Origin: Oceanispirochaeta sp.
GTDB lineage: Bacteria; Spirochaetota; Spirochaetia; DSM-2461
Direction: 5' to 3'
Assembly (NCBI GenBank): GCA_963666275.2
Contig: CAXXOA010000002.1
Coordinates: 544,001 to 608,000 of the forward strand
Length of the DNA: 64,000 bases
Shown here: positions 55,548 through 64,000 of the stretch, in pieces
Position numbering within the stretch: the stretch's first letter is position 1
Layout of the letters: each line of letters starts with the position of its first letter
Notes under the pieces: generated by a model
What the model saw: only the letters and a program-made list of their open reading frames with translations
Databases searched by the model: none
What the model was told of the DNA's origin: nothing
Made by a program: the position numbers and the translations under genes

Positions 55548-56954
55548 CTATTCCTGTTCCTTTCTGATATCGCATACATGTCCGGCAACCGCAGCAGCCG
55601 CAACCATAACAGGAGACATCAGGAGGGTTCTTCCAGTGGCGCTTCCCTGTCTTCCGATGAAGTTTCTGTTACTGGAGCTGGCACATATTTCATCTCCCTG
55701 GAGTTTATCCGGGTTCATGGCCAGACACATGGAACATCCCGCAAAGCGCCAGTCAAATCCGGCAGCCTGAAAGATTTCATGGAGCCCTTCGTCCATAGCC
55801 TGTTTTCTGACGGCAAGAGAGCCGGGAACAACGATGCCCCTGACTCCCTTTGCGATCTTTTTTCCCTTCAGATAGGAAGCCGCCGCCCGGAGGTCTCCAA
55901 TCCTTCCGTTGGTACAGCTGCCGATAAAGGCTACCTGTACCGGAATCTCCTCGGCTTTCATCCCGGGAGTCAGTTTCATATGGGCGTAGGCTTCTTCAAG
56001 GGATTTCTTCTGAACCGGATCCGACGGATCGGGAACAGGTAGATTCTCATCGACCGCCACACTCTCTCCGGGAGTTATCCCCCAGGTCACCATGGGAGAT
56101 ATCTCATCGGCGGAGTATCTCACAACATCGTCGTAGACCGCATCTTTTTCGGAGGGCAGGGAATTCCACCAGCTGACAGCTTTTTTCCAGTTTTCTCCGG
56201 AGGGTGCATAGGGGCGCCCCTTTATATAGGCATAGGTGGTTTCGTCGGGATTCACATAGCCGATCCGGGCTCCCCCTTCGATGGACATGTTGCAGACGGT
56301 CATGCGTCCTTCCATGGTCATTTCATCAAAAACGGTTCCTCCGTACTCGTAGGCATAGCCGATTCCCCCTTTGACTCCCAGCCTGTTTATAATAAACAGA
56401 ATTACATCCTTGGGAGTGACTCCCGGTTTGAGAGTGCCATTCACCTCAATCCTTCTTACTTTCAGGGGATCCATTGCCAGGCATCCGGTAGCCAGAACAT
56501 CCCGGACCTGGCTTGTTCCGATCCCGAAGGCCAGGGTTCCGAAAGCCCCGTGGGTAGAGGTATGGGAATCGCCGCAGGCAATAGTCATTCCCGGCTGGGT
56601 CAGCCCCTGTTCGGGGCCTACCATATGAACGATTCCCTGCTTGCCCGAGGGAGGGTCAAAAAGAGGAACGCCGAATTCCTTTGTGTTTTTCTCCAGGGCG
56701 CTCATCATCTCTTCCGCCTGGGAATCGGCAAAAGGCCTCATTGCTGAGACCGTGGGGACTATATGATCACAGGTTGCAAATGTCCTTTCCGGGAAGGCTA
56801 CCTGAAGTCCCTCTTCCCTCAGACCGTCAAAAGCCTGAGGACTGGTCACTTCATGAACCAGATGCAGTCCTATGAGTAACTGATCCTGTCCACTGGGCAG
56901 CGGCCCCGCATTATGTGCATCCCAAATCTTGTTATACAGTGTTTTCTGTGCCAC
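55548..56954 (-). CDS. leuC: 3-isopropylmalate dehydratase large subunit
   Basis: [55 protein letters not shown] start with RBS AAGGA. Confidence 0.97.
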   Translation of the reverse strand: MAQKTLYNKIWDAHNAGPLPSGQDQLLIGLHLVHEVTSPQAFDGLREEGLQVAFPERTFATCDHIVPTVSAMRPFADSQAEEMMSALEKNTKEFGVPLFDPPSGKQGIVHMVGPEQGLTQPGMTIACGDSHTSTHGAFGTLAFGIGTSQVRDVLATGCLAMDPLKVRRIEVNGTLKPGVTPKDVILFIINRLGVKGGIGYAYEYGGTVFDEMTMEGRMTVCNMSIEGGARIGYVNPDETTYAYIKGRPYAPSGENWKKAVSWWNSLPSEKDAVYDDVVRYSADEISPMVTWGITPGESVAVDENLPVPDPSDPVQKKSLEEAYAHMKLTPGMKAEEIPVQVAFIGSCTNGRIGDLRAAASYLKGKKIAKGVRGIVVPGSLAVRKQAMDEGLHEIFQAAGFDWRFAGCSMCLAMNPDKLQGDEICASSSNRNFIGRQGSATGRTLLMSPVMVAAAAVAGHVCDIRKEQE

Positions 56955-57060
56955 AACTTTTTCCTTATAAAATGATCTATCTAATAAAAACCGCTCCGCC
57001 TGAGCGGAGCAGCAACTCATCTGTCCTTTATATTGTATATATCCAATACGGGAAAAAGCA

Positions 57061-57108
57061 AAAAAAAGAGGGGGTGCTGCAGAAATCTTTCTTCCTGCAG
57101 CACCCCCC
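57061..57108 (-). terminator. Intrinsic terminator of hsp20
   Basis: Minus strand GGGGTGCTGCAG...CTGCAGCACCCC stem followed by a T run. Confidence 0.85.
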
Positions 57109-57137
57109 GAAACACAATCAACGGAGTATGAAGCCCT

Positions 57138-57569
57138 TTATCCTTTCACTTTTATCGAGAGGGGAGCCGGTTTGGGCTGCTTGGGGATGGTCATTGTGAG
57201 AAGTCCGTTTTTCAGGTCCGCTTCGATCTTCTCCTTGTCTATGTCCTGGGGAAGAACAAAGGTCTTCTCAAACTTCAGTTCCTGATGCTCCTCTCTCAGG
57301 GAGTCTTTCTTTTTCTCTTTTTTATCCTGTTTATGCTGAGCCTGAATTTTCAGGATATTTTCTTCTACATGGACATTCAGTTCCTCCGCGCTGAAGCCGG
57401 GAAGTTCCGCTGTCAGGGAAAATCCTGTTTCAGTTTCGGTCACTCTGGTGACAGGGGTCCTGGTTTCTCCCCATTCGGAAGAAGAATTGAAAAATGATTC
57501 GAACATTTTATCGAAGTCCTTCCACAGATCAATGTTCCTGTTGTTTCTTTTTACGGTCATATAGTTCAT
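57138..57569 (-). CDS. Small heat-shock protein (Hsp20/alpha-crystallin)
   Basis: AELPG, F...F.LP..ID...I.A.LKNGLL.M.IPK; RBS GGAGG. Confidence 0.93.
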   Translation of the reverse strand: MNYMTVKRNNRNIDLWKDFDKMFESFFNSSSEWGETRTPVTRVTETETGFSLTAELPGFSAEELNVHVEENILKIQAQHKQDKKEKKKDSLREEHQELKFEKTFVLPQDIDKEKIEADLKNGLLTMTIPKQPKPAPLSIKVKG

Positions 57570-57614
57570 ATCTTACCTCCATAAGGATTTTTTTATTTTC
57601 TCTAATAAATACAT

Positions 57615-57630
57615 TGCAAATGCTGTGCCA
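57615..57630 (-). promoter_or_regulatory. Sigma-54 (-24/-12) promoter of hsp20
   Basis: Minus strand TGGCAC-AGCAT-TTGCA with canonical spacing, about 45 nt upstream of the ATG. Confidence 0.72.
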
Positions 57631-57945
57631 AAAGCTTCTTTTCTAACTGAAAATCCTCAGAAAATCTCTCTCATGGGATTTTATTCCCCTTTTATGCGGA
57701 ATTTTCCGTATCTCTCCCGGAAAATTCATACAGATGAGTCTGTTTGGCGGGTCACCTCAGGCTCTTCCCGGCGTCCTTTGTGTCAGAATGGCCCAACAGT
57801 TTTTTTTCGCTGGAATTTTTTGAGTATAAATTGGATAATTGAAACGCATTTGCTCATTTGTATGATGTCATTTATGATTAGAAAGAGGAGCTCCCTATCA
57901 ATTTTCTGAAGGAATTTTCTGTTGACAGAGGCTGTTAAAAAGCAA

Positions 57946-59472
57946 ATGGTATTTTCCAAGACCAAAAAACCGCAGGTATCCGGATTTGACAGTAAAGATT
58001 CTCCCTGGAAGATTCTTATTGTTGATGATGAACCAATTATCCACTCCGTGACCGAGCTTGTCCTGAGGGACTTTCATTTTGAGAATCGACCGCTGAAACT
58101 CCTTTCAGCCTACAGCGAGGCAGATGCCAGAAAAATCCTTTCTGAAGAAGAGGGGATCGCCGTAGCGATTGTCGATGTGGTTATGGAAGAGGACAACTCC
58201 GGGCTGAAGCTTATAAAGTGGATCCGGGACGTTCTCGGATACAGGGAGATCCGACTGATTCTCAGAACCGGTCAGCCCGGAGTGGCTCCGGAAAAAGAGA
58301 TCATTCACCGCTATGAAATCAATGATTATAAAGAAAAAACCGAGCTGACAGATATCAAGCTTCTGACAGCGTTAACCGTTGCGATCAGAGGCTACAGGGA
58401 TCTTGTGGAGCTCAAAAGGAATCAGTTCGGCTTTGCCAGGATACTGGATGGCGCCAATGAACTTTGGCAGAACCCCAGGGAATCGGCCCTGTTGAGTGTT
58501 ATCCTCAGGCAGTTCAGTTCTCTCCTTTTCAATATAGGGGATTCTGAAGAGGTCCGGGACTGTTTTGCCGTGACCTGTAAGGACGGCAGATATCTGATCA
58601 ATATCGCCCAGGGCCGGTATGCGGATTTTCAGGGAAAACCCCTGGGGTCCACGGACCTGGCCTATCTGAAAGAGTCCATGGCTCAGTGTTCCCATGAAAA
58701 GCCCATTGTCTTCAAAGATCCCTTCATTGTCTGTTCCCTGGATACCAGGCAGGTTTCCGGTCTCTATCTTGTAATGAAAACCTCTGTCCGTCCCGACGAT
58801 ACGGATAATACGATCCTGGGAGCTTTTCTTGTTAACTCATCCCTGGCCATGGACTACTGGCTGCTGACTGCCAACAAGAACAGATCCCAGAAGAATATGC
58901 TTATCTTTCTCAGTGAAGTTATTGAGCATCACTTTATGGAAAACGGCAATCACATCAGACGTGTTTCAGAAATGATGTACCTGCTGAGCAGAAAAATCGA
59001 CATCGACGAGGAGAGTGCGGAGCGCTGGAAGATGGCGTCCATCCTTCACGATATCGGCAAGATAGGTATTCCTGACAATATCCTGAAAAAACCGGGGATC
59101 CTGACGGAACAGGAGTTTGAAATTATGAAGACTCATGTTCAGATCGGGCATAAACTCCTGAGTACCAACAAAGATGAGTTTTTTCCCGATGCCTCTGAGA
59201 TCGCCCTGTACCATCATGAAAAATGGAACGGTTCCGGTTATCCCCAGGGGCTGAAAGGCCATGATATTCCTCTCCCGGCCAGGATTCTCTCTATCATTGA
59301 TGTTTTTGATGCCCTTACCCATACCAGGATCTATAAGGATGCCTGGAGTATTGAAAAGGCTCTGGATCATATCAAGAGTCAGAAGGAGATCAGTTTTGAT
59401 CCTGAACTGGTCAATTCATTTGTAGAGATTGTTCCGGAATTACAGTGGGTGCTAGATGAATATCCGGATTAA
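57946..59472 (+). CDS. Response regulator REC-DUF3369-HD-GYP (c-di-GMP phosphodiesterase)
   Basis: ILIVDDE, DVVME, ILRTGQPG.APE, HDIGKIG, HHEKWNGSGYP, DVFDAL. Confidence 0.9.
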   Translation: MVFSKTKKPQVSGFDSKDSPWKILIVDDEPIIHSVTELVLRDFHFENRPLKLLSAYSEADARKILSEEEGIAVAIVDVVMEEDNSGLKLIKWIRDVLGYREIRLILRTGQPGVAPEKEIIHRYEINDYKEKTELTDIKLLTALTVAIRGYRDLVELKRNQFGFARILDGANELWQNPRESALLSVILRQFSSLLFNIGDSEEVRDCFAVTCKDGRYLINIAQGRYADFQGKPLGSTDLAYLKESMAQCSHEKPIVFKDPFIVCSLDTRQVSGLYLVMKTSVRPDDTDNTILGAFLVNSSLAMDYWLLTANKNRSQKNMLIFLSEVIEHHFMENGNHIRRVSEMMYLLSRKIDIDEESAERWKMASILHDIGKIGIPDNILKKPGILTEQEFEIMKTHVQIGHKLLSTNKDEFFPDASEIALYHHEKWNGSGYPQGLKGHDIPLPARILSIIDVFDALTHTRIYKDAWSIEKALDHIKSQKEISFDPELVNSFVEIVPELQWVLDEYPD

Positions 59473-61456
59473 GGGCTTTGCCTCCGCTGTCATTCTGATT
59501 TTGCTTTCAGTATTTCTGCAGGCCCAGGATTTGCCTGGAGTCTCTGATGCTTTCAGTATCAGACAGTACAATCCGGAATTCTATACAGAGAAATCAGAGG
59601 ACACCAGTCCCCTGGATATCATTAATCTGCCTGATCAGAGCTGGGCCCCTCTCCCGGAATCCAGCAGATTGCCGGCGGGGGAAGACGCGGTCTGGTTAAG
59701 GATAGCACTTCCTGAAGGCGCTCTGGGGCAGGACGTCTACCTGACAGAACATTTTGGCATCCGCAAGTGGAATGTCTACTTTTTCTCGGAGAACCTGCTC
59801 CTGGATCAGGAAGTCATCAGCTGGACTGAAGACTTCCGGGATAATCAGAGTACCCACTCCCAGTACAGGGGTTTCACAAACTTTCATGTTTTCAACAGCA
59901 ATCATAAGGATGTTGTTCTTCTGGTCAGACTGGAACCGCAGTATGGCCTGATCTACAGCTTTTATCTCCGGGGAAGGGTGAACTTCCAGAATCAGTACAA
60001 CTCCTGGATTTTCCTTCAGGGCGTCGGGGTGGGGATCATTGTTGTGGTGATTCTTCTGACCCTGGCGATGTCCCTCCGGCTGATGTACAAGATTGACTGG
60101 CTCTATCTGGCCGTTGTGGTGATTACGGGGCTGAGCATCAGTTACTACACCGGTATGGGCCCGGCGCTGATCTCCTATGTATTTCCCCGGTTTTCCCATA
60201 CAGCCTGGCTGTTCCTTCTCAGTCTGTCCAATCTCTTTTTTATCCTCTTTATCGAGGAGTTCTCTGATTTTCCCGCAGAGAAGAAGGGAGTGGGGACCTA
60301 CTTCCTTGTGATTCGCTTTCTATCTCTTCTGTTTCCTGTGGTTCTTCTGTTCCTTCCTGCCTATCTGGGGGCGGAGGTCATGCACTTCGGTACTCTTTTC
60401 ATATCTCTTCTGATACTGGCCGGACTGATTCAGCTCGTGGTGATACAGTCTGTCCAGGCGGCCTGGATCTTCAGCGGATGGCTTGTGATGATCCTTTTCA
60501 TCACTCTGGGGACAATCCTGAAACTGAATCATATCACCATACAGATCATGCCTATCATATCCTTTATCCTGGGCTACGCCCTGCTTCTGATTTTTCTGGG
60601 GACAGCACTTATAAAGCAGATGGACCAGCAGCGGCGGATTGAACTGCGGCGAAGACGGTCGGCGGAACATATGGCTGAGAGCGTCCTGAAGAGGATGGGA
60701 GAAAACAAAAGGATGGCTGACCTGGGAGAGATGGTCAGCAGTGTAACCCACGAACTGGGAACTCCCCTGGGGGTAACAGTGACCCTTTCATCCAATATGA
60801 CCAATATAGGCCAGCATATCAGACAGCTCTTCAATGAGAGTGAGTTGAGCGAGGATGATTTTAAACAGTTCATGACGGATGTACTGGAATCATCGGAACT
60901 TATTGAAAAGAATATGGAAACGGCCCGGGGCCTCATTGAAGGTTTCAAACAGGTTGCCTCCGATCAGGCGGCTCCGGATATCAGGGAGTTCAACCTCTTT
61001 CAGTATATCTCACAGGTTGTACGGATTCTTATGACCCAGTTCAAAAGGCGTCCCTACAAGCTGAATCTGAATATCCCGGGAGATCTGACGATCCGCTCCA
61101 ACCCCGGAATTCTAACACAGGTGCTGACAAATCTGATTAATAATGCGATTGTGCACGGTTTTGCGAACAGAGAGGAAGGATCGATTAATCTGAACGCCCG
61201 GAAGATCCTTAAAAACGACAAAAACTACGTGGAGCTTGTTGTTGAGGATGATGGAAACGGCATACTCCTTGAAATCCAGAAGAAAGTCTTTAATATGTAC
61301 TTTACAACACGAAAGGGATTCGGTGGTACGGGAGTTGGGCTTTCCATAGTCAAATCTCTTGTGGAGGAGCGTTTGCAGGGCTCCATCTCTCTGGTCAGTA
61401 AACCCGAGAAGGGGACGACCTTTACTCTGCTGATCCCTGAAAGTATCGAGGAATAG
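59456..61456 (+). CDS. Sensor histidine kinase with extracellular domain and 7TM region (7TM-DISM-like)
   Basis: Signal peptide, WLRI motif, about seven TM helices, H box THELGTPLG, N box NLINNA, DDGNG, GTGVGL. Confidence 0.88.
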   Translation: MNIRIKGFASAVILILLSVFLQAQDLPGVSDAFSIRQYNPEFYTEKSEDTSPLDIINLPDQSWAPLPESSRLPAGEDAVWLRIALPEGALGQDVYLTEHFGIRKWNVYFFSENLLLDQEVISWTEDFRDNQSTHSQYRGFTNFHVFNSNHKDVVLLVRLEPQYGLIYSFYLRGRVNFQNQYNSWIFLQGVGVGIIVVVILLTLAMSLRLMYKIDWLYLAVVVITGLSISYYTGMGPALISYVFPRFSHTAWLFLLSLSNLFFILFIEEFSDFPAEKKGVGTYFLVIRFLSLLFPVVLLFLPAYLGAEVMHFGTLFISLLILAGLIQLVVIQSVQAAWIFSGWLVMILFITLGTILKLNHITIQIMPIISFILGYALLLIFLGTALIKQMDQQRRIELRRRRSAEHMAESVLKRMGENKRMADLGEMVSSVTHELGTPLGVTVTLSSNMTNIGQHIRQLFNESELSEDDFKQFMTDVLESSELIEKNMETARGLIEGFKQVASDQAAPDIREFNLFQYISQVVRILMTQFKRRPYKLNLNIPGDLTIRSNPGILTQVLTNLINNAIVHGFANREEGSINLNARKILKNDKNYVELVVEDDGNGILLEIQKKVFNMYFTTRKGFGGTGVGLSIVKSLVEERLQGSISLVSKPEKGTTFTLLIPESIEE

Positions 61457-61458
61457 GT

Positions 61459-62385
61459 TTGAAACACATAATACTCTTCTTTTTCATCATTGCTTTCTCC
61501 TGCATGAATACGGCTTTTTTCATGGGACTGATCTACTACCTCAAAGATAAAATGATGTGGAAGTTCAAAGGACTTCTTTTTCTGGGCTATATCCTGTTTC
61601 TGTTTTTTCTCTCGGGCATGGGATTTTATATGACCGAGCTGGCCGGCATGGCCAATTCCATCCTCTATGACCTTTTCCGTGTGCTCTATGTTATCGGATA
61701 CTCCCTTCTTATCTACTATCTGCCAGCCACCATAAACTATCTTCTTAACCGTCCCTGGAAGAGGAACCGTCTGTTCTGGACGATTCTGGCCTCTTTTTCC
61801 TATTTCTGTGTTGGGATCGTCCTGATGCTCAAGGGGATCTCCCCCCTCTGGAATCTTCCTCTGGGGCTGTTTTTCTTTACTGCCCTTGTGTTTGTTCTGC
61901 TTGACGGATTACGGTCTCTTCCCCTGGTCCGTGACAACCGGGGCCGGTTTACGGTGACCCTGATTTATGCGGGAACCTTTATCTTTCTGCCTCTGCTGCT
62001 GATCGTCAGGATTATCAGCTCCAATTTTTCGTCGGATCTGGAAAAACACGCCCTCTACTTTCCTGTGCAGACATTCTACTTTTTCTGGCTGGCACTGGTT
62101 CTAATGCAGTTTCTGATCTTCCGTATCCTTGCTTCCGATTCTGTGCCTCTCCCTCTCACCGAGCGGCCCCTCTCTTTTTTTGAAGAGAAGGGTATTACCT
62201 CCCGGGAAAGAGACATTATTCTGTGTCTGGAGAAAGGGCTTACCTATAAAGAGATCGGGCAGGAACTGTTCATATCCTCTCACACTGTGAGCAATCATGT
62301 GGCCAGTATCTATAAAAAGATCGGAGTCCGATCCCGGGTGGAAATGCTGAATGCTCTCAGAGGAGCCTCTGAGAGTATTCTTTAG
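61459..62385 (+). CDS. Membrane-anchored LuxR-family transcriptional regulator
   Basis: Multiple N-terminal TM helices; C-terminal HTH ITSRERDI...G.TYKEI...LFIS..TV.NH...IY.K. Confidence 0.88.
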   Translation: MKHIILFFFIIAFSCMNTAFFMGLIYYLKDKMMWKFKGLLFLGYILFLFFLSGMGFYMTELAGMANSILYDLFRVLYVIGYSLLIYYLPATINYLLNRPWKRNRLFWTILASFSYFCVGIVLMLKGISPLWNLPLGLFFFTALVFVLLDGLRSLPLVRDNRGRFTVTLIYAGTFIFLPLLLIVRIISSNFSSDLEKHALYFPVQTFYFFWLALVLMQFLIFRILASDSVPLPLTERPLSFFEEKGITSRERDIILCLEKGLTYKEIGQELFISSHTVSNHVASIYKKIGVRSRVEMLNALRGASESIL

Positions 62386-62393
62386 AATCCGGT

Positions 62394-64000
62394 TTAGAAA
62401 CCGGGGATTTTCAGTTTCTCCGCGGCTTTTTCAGCCTCTTCCTGAGCTCTTCTTTCTGCTTCGGCCTGCTGCCGGGCCGCTTCGGCTTCGGCTTCCGCTT
62501 TCAGTCTGTCCGCTTCCGCCTGCAGCCGGGCGGCTTCTTCCCGGGCCCGTCTTTCCGCTTCGGCTTTCAGACGGTCCGCTTCGGCCAGAATCGCATCGGT
62601 TTTATCTGTAAGAACTTTCTTCTGCGAGTCTACCAGGTCTTCAATGGCATCCATGGAACTCAGCTGATCCAGCGATTCCACTCCCAGCCTGTCCATGGTG
62701 CTGTTCAGAAGTTCGTTCTCTTCCAGATAGGGCTTCAGATATTCCGCCAGATACTCTCTGATCATCTCATCCACCTGATCTCCCAGACCTTTCAGATATT
62801 CTCCTATGCTGTCAGCCAGAATATTGTCCAGGTCAGTTTTTACCTTCACCTCTTCAATCCCTTTCCGTGATACCAGAATTTCCGCCTTGAGCGAGACTTC
62901 CTGAATGCCGCTCATGACCTCGGCGACAGCTTCCGCCAGGAATCCTTCGCTGTTTGACTGTCTGATTTCGAGAGAGCTGAGCTGTATGTCCAGCTCGGTC
63001 ATGATCCCTTCCGATTCAATCGAATAGGAGACGCCAGTAATATCTGCTTCGCTTTCCACGCTGTCTATCTGAATGGCAGGAACACCCTCTTTGAGTTCCA
63101 GGTGGTTGCCGGGAGACTGTATGTTCATTCTGAAGGCTTCTTCTGCCTCGGTTCTGGCGTCGAAATAACCTGCAAGCTGAAGGGAGGAGTTGTCTTTTTT
63201 CCAGTCCGCCGTAAACGTGGAGGGAGTATCCAGCTTGTCCGGATCATCGGTGAGGCTGAGAATCTCCGAGTTCAGAATTCCCGAGTCATCGGTTCCTCCG
63301 GAAAGACTGATCTGTCTGACCAGAACGGTCGGAAGATCCGGAGAAGGAAAGGGGATGACCCTGCCGCCCCGCTGTATTGCCTTCTCTTCTGTCTCTTCTG
63401 CTTTGGCTGAACGCATACTCTGGAATCTCTCATAGACCTCCAGGGCCTTCAAACCCTTTTCGTAATAGTCATTCCACCGGTTCCGTATATACTTTTCCGC
63501 GGTCTGGGAGGCAAGGGATCTGACATCTCCTCCTGAAAAATCCAGAAGGCTTTTCAGATAATCGATATCGCTTTCTATTGAGGACTGAATATCTCCGTAG
63601 AGCCCTACAATATGATCTTTTTCGTCCAGAAACTCCCGGCGCATGGTTTTCAGGCTGTCTGTTGTTTCTTCGATCCTGGGATAGAAGCTGTTGATCTGAT
63701 CCAGCATATCACGGCCTTCCTCCAGGGATCTGACCCCCTGGATATCAAGGGACTTCAGGGTTTCCACATCGTCCCGGAGAGCCTGGATTTCCTCTTTTTT
63801 CTTTACAAATCTCTGAGTCCATCTCTCCTGAAACTCCTCTACTTCTCTGTTCCCCTCATTGATGAGGTTCAGAGATTTCAGATTTTCCTTCTGTGAGTCC
63901 AGCAGGGCTTCATAGTCCATCTCTTCCGGAGTGAGTGCCAGGGTGTCCATCAGATCCCGGCTTCCCGAAGTATCACTGTCGGGTTCTGATCCCGGCTGAT
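62394..64000 (-). CDS. Probable TIGR03545-family (AsmA-like) envelope protein, 5'-truncated by the window edge
   Basis: Frame open from the window edge; coiled coils, RGGR.I.FP..D.P motif, beta-rich middle region, Ala/Glu-rich tail ending LKIPGF. Confidence 0.6.
   Translation of the reverse strand, partial: QPGSEPDSDTSGSRDLMDTLALTPEEMDYEALLDSQKENLKSLNLINEGNREVEEFQERWTQRFVKKKEEIQALRDDVETLKSLDIQGVRSLEEGRDMLDQINSFYPRIEETTDSLKTMRREFLDEKDHIVGLYGDIQSSIESDIDYLKSLLDFSGGDVRSLASQTAEKYIRNRWNDYYEKGLKALEVYERFQSMRSAKAEETEEKAIQRGGRVIPFPSPDLPTVLVRQISLSGGTDDSGILNSEILSLTDDPDKLDTPSTFTADWKKDNSSLQLAGYFDARTEAEEAFRMNIQSPGNHLELKEGVPAIQIDSVESEADITGVSYSIESEGIMTELDIQLSSLEIRQSNSEGFLAEAVAEVMSGIQEVSLKAEILVSRKGIEEVKVKTDLDNILADSIGEYLKGLGDQVDEMIREYLAEYLKPYLEENELLNSTMDRLGVESLDQLSSMDAIEDLVDSQKKVLTDKTDAILAEADRLKAEAERRAREEAARLQAEADRLKAEAEAEAARQQAEAERRAQEEAEKAAEKLKIPGF

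Overview
Bacterial chromosomal window, about 50% GC by eye, most likely from a free-living Spirochaetaceae member (spirochaete-type lipoboxes, a stand-alone spirochaetal HATPase-like domain and a FliK/FlhB-C gene pair; taxonomy is inferred). Most of it is housekeeping or metabolic: pduO, sbcDC, a selenium/Mo-hydroxylase accessory trio (yqeC-yqeB-cysteine desulfurase), a frameshifted aldo/keto reductase, the yehWXYZ/osmF ABC transporter, pyk, a PLP enzyme-DUF1611-epimerase operon, tRNA-Leu(CAA), plsC, an acyl-CoA ligase, a YegD-like Hsp70, rlmN, topB, rex, leuCD, hsp20 and a 7TM kinase/HD-GYP/LuxR signalling cluster. Two regions stand out. (1) 39645-41775 is a head-to-tail duplication (1059 and 1072 bp) of a Y1/HUH (RAYT/TIRYT-like) transposase element with 13-bp terminal inverted repeats. 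One breakpoint falls inside an extra TIR-like motif (GGGAC^GG), the other inside the neighbouring Hsp70 gene, with no microhomology, which is suggestive of one-ended or rolling-circle-like activity with flank capture. (2) 23602-35721 is a teichoic-acid-like surface polymer locus with two cytidylyltransferases, a TagF-like enzyme, three LicD-family proteins, a flippase and three Wzi-like outer-membrane barrels, but no recognisable glycosyltransferase. Smaller signals include a probably catalytically dead GH36 homologue, an atypical RNase HII, a REP-like repeat cluster, a sigma-54 promoter before hsp20 and a fourU-like RBS-sequestering hairpin. All calls come from motif recognition by eye; no searches were run.
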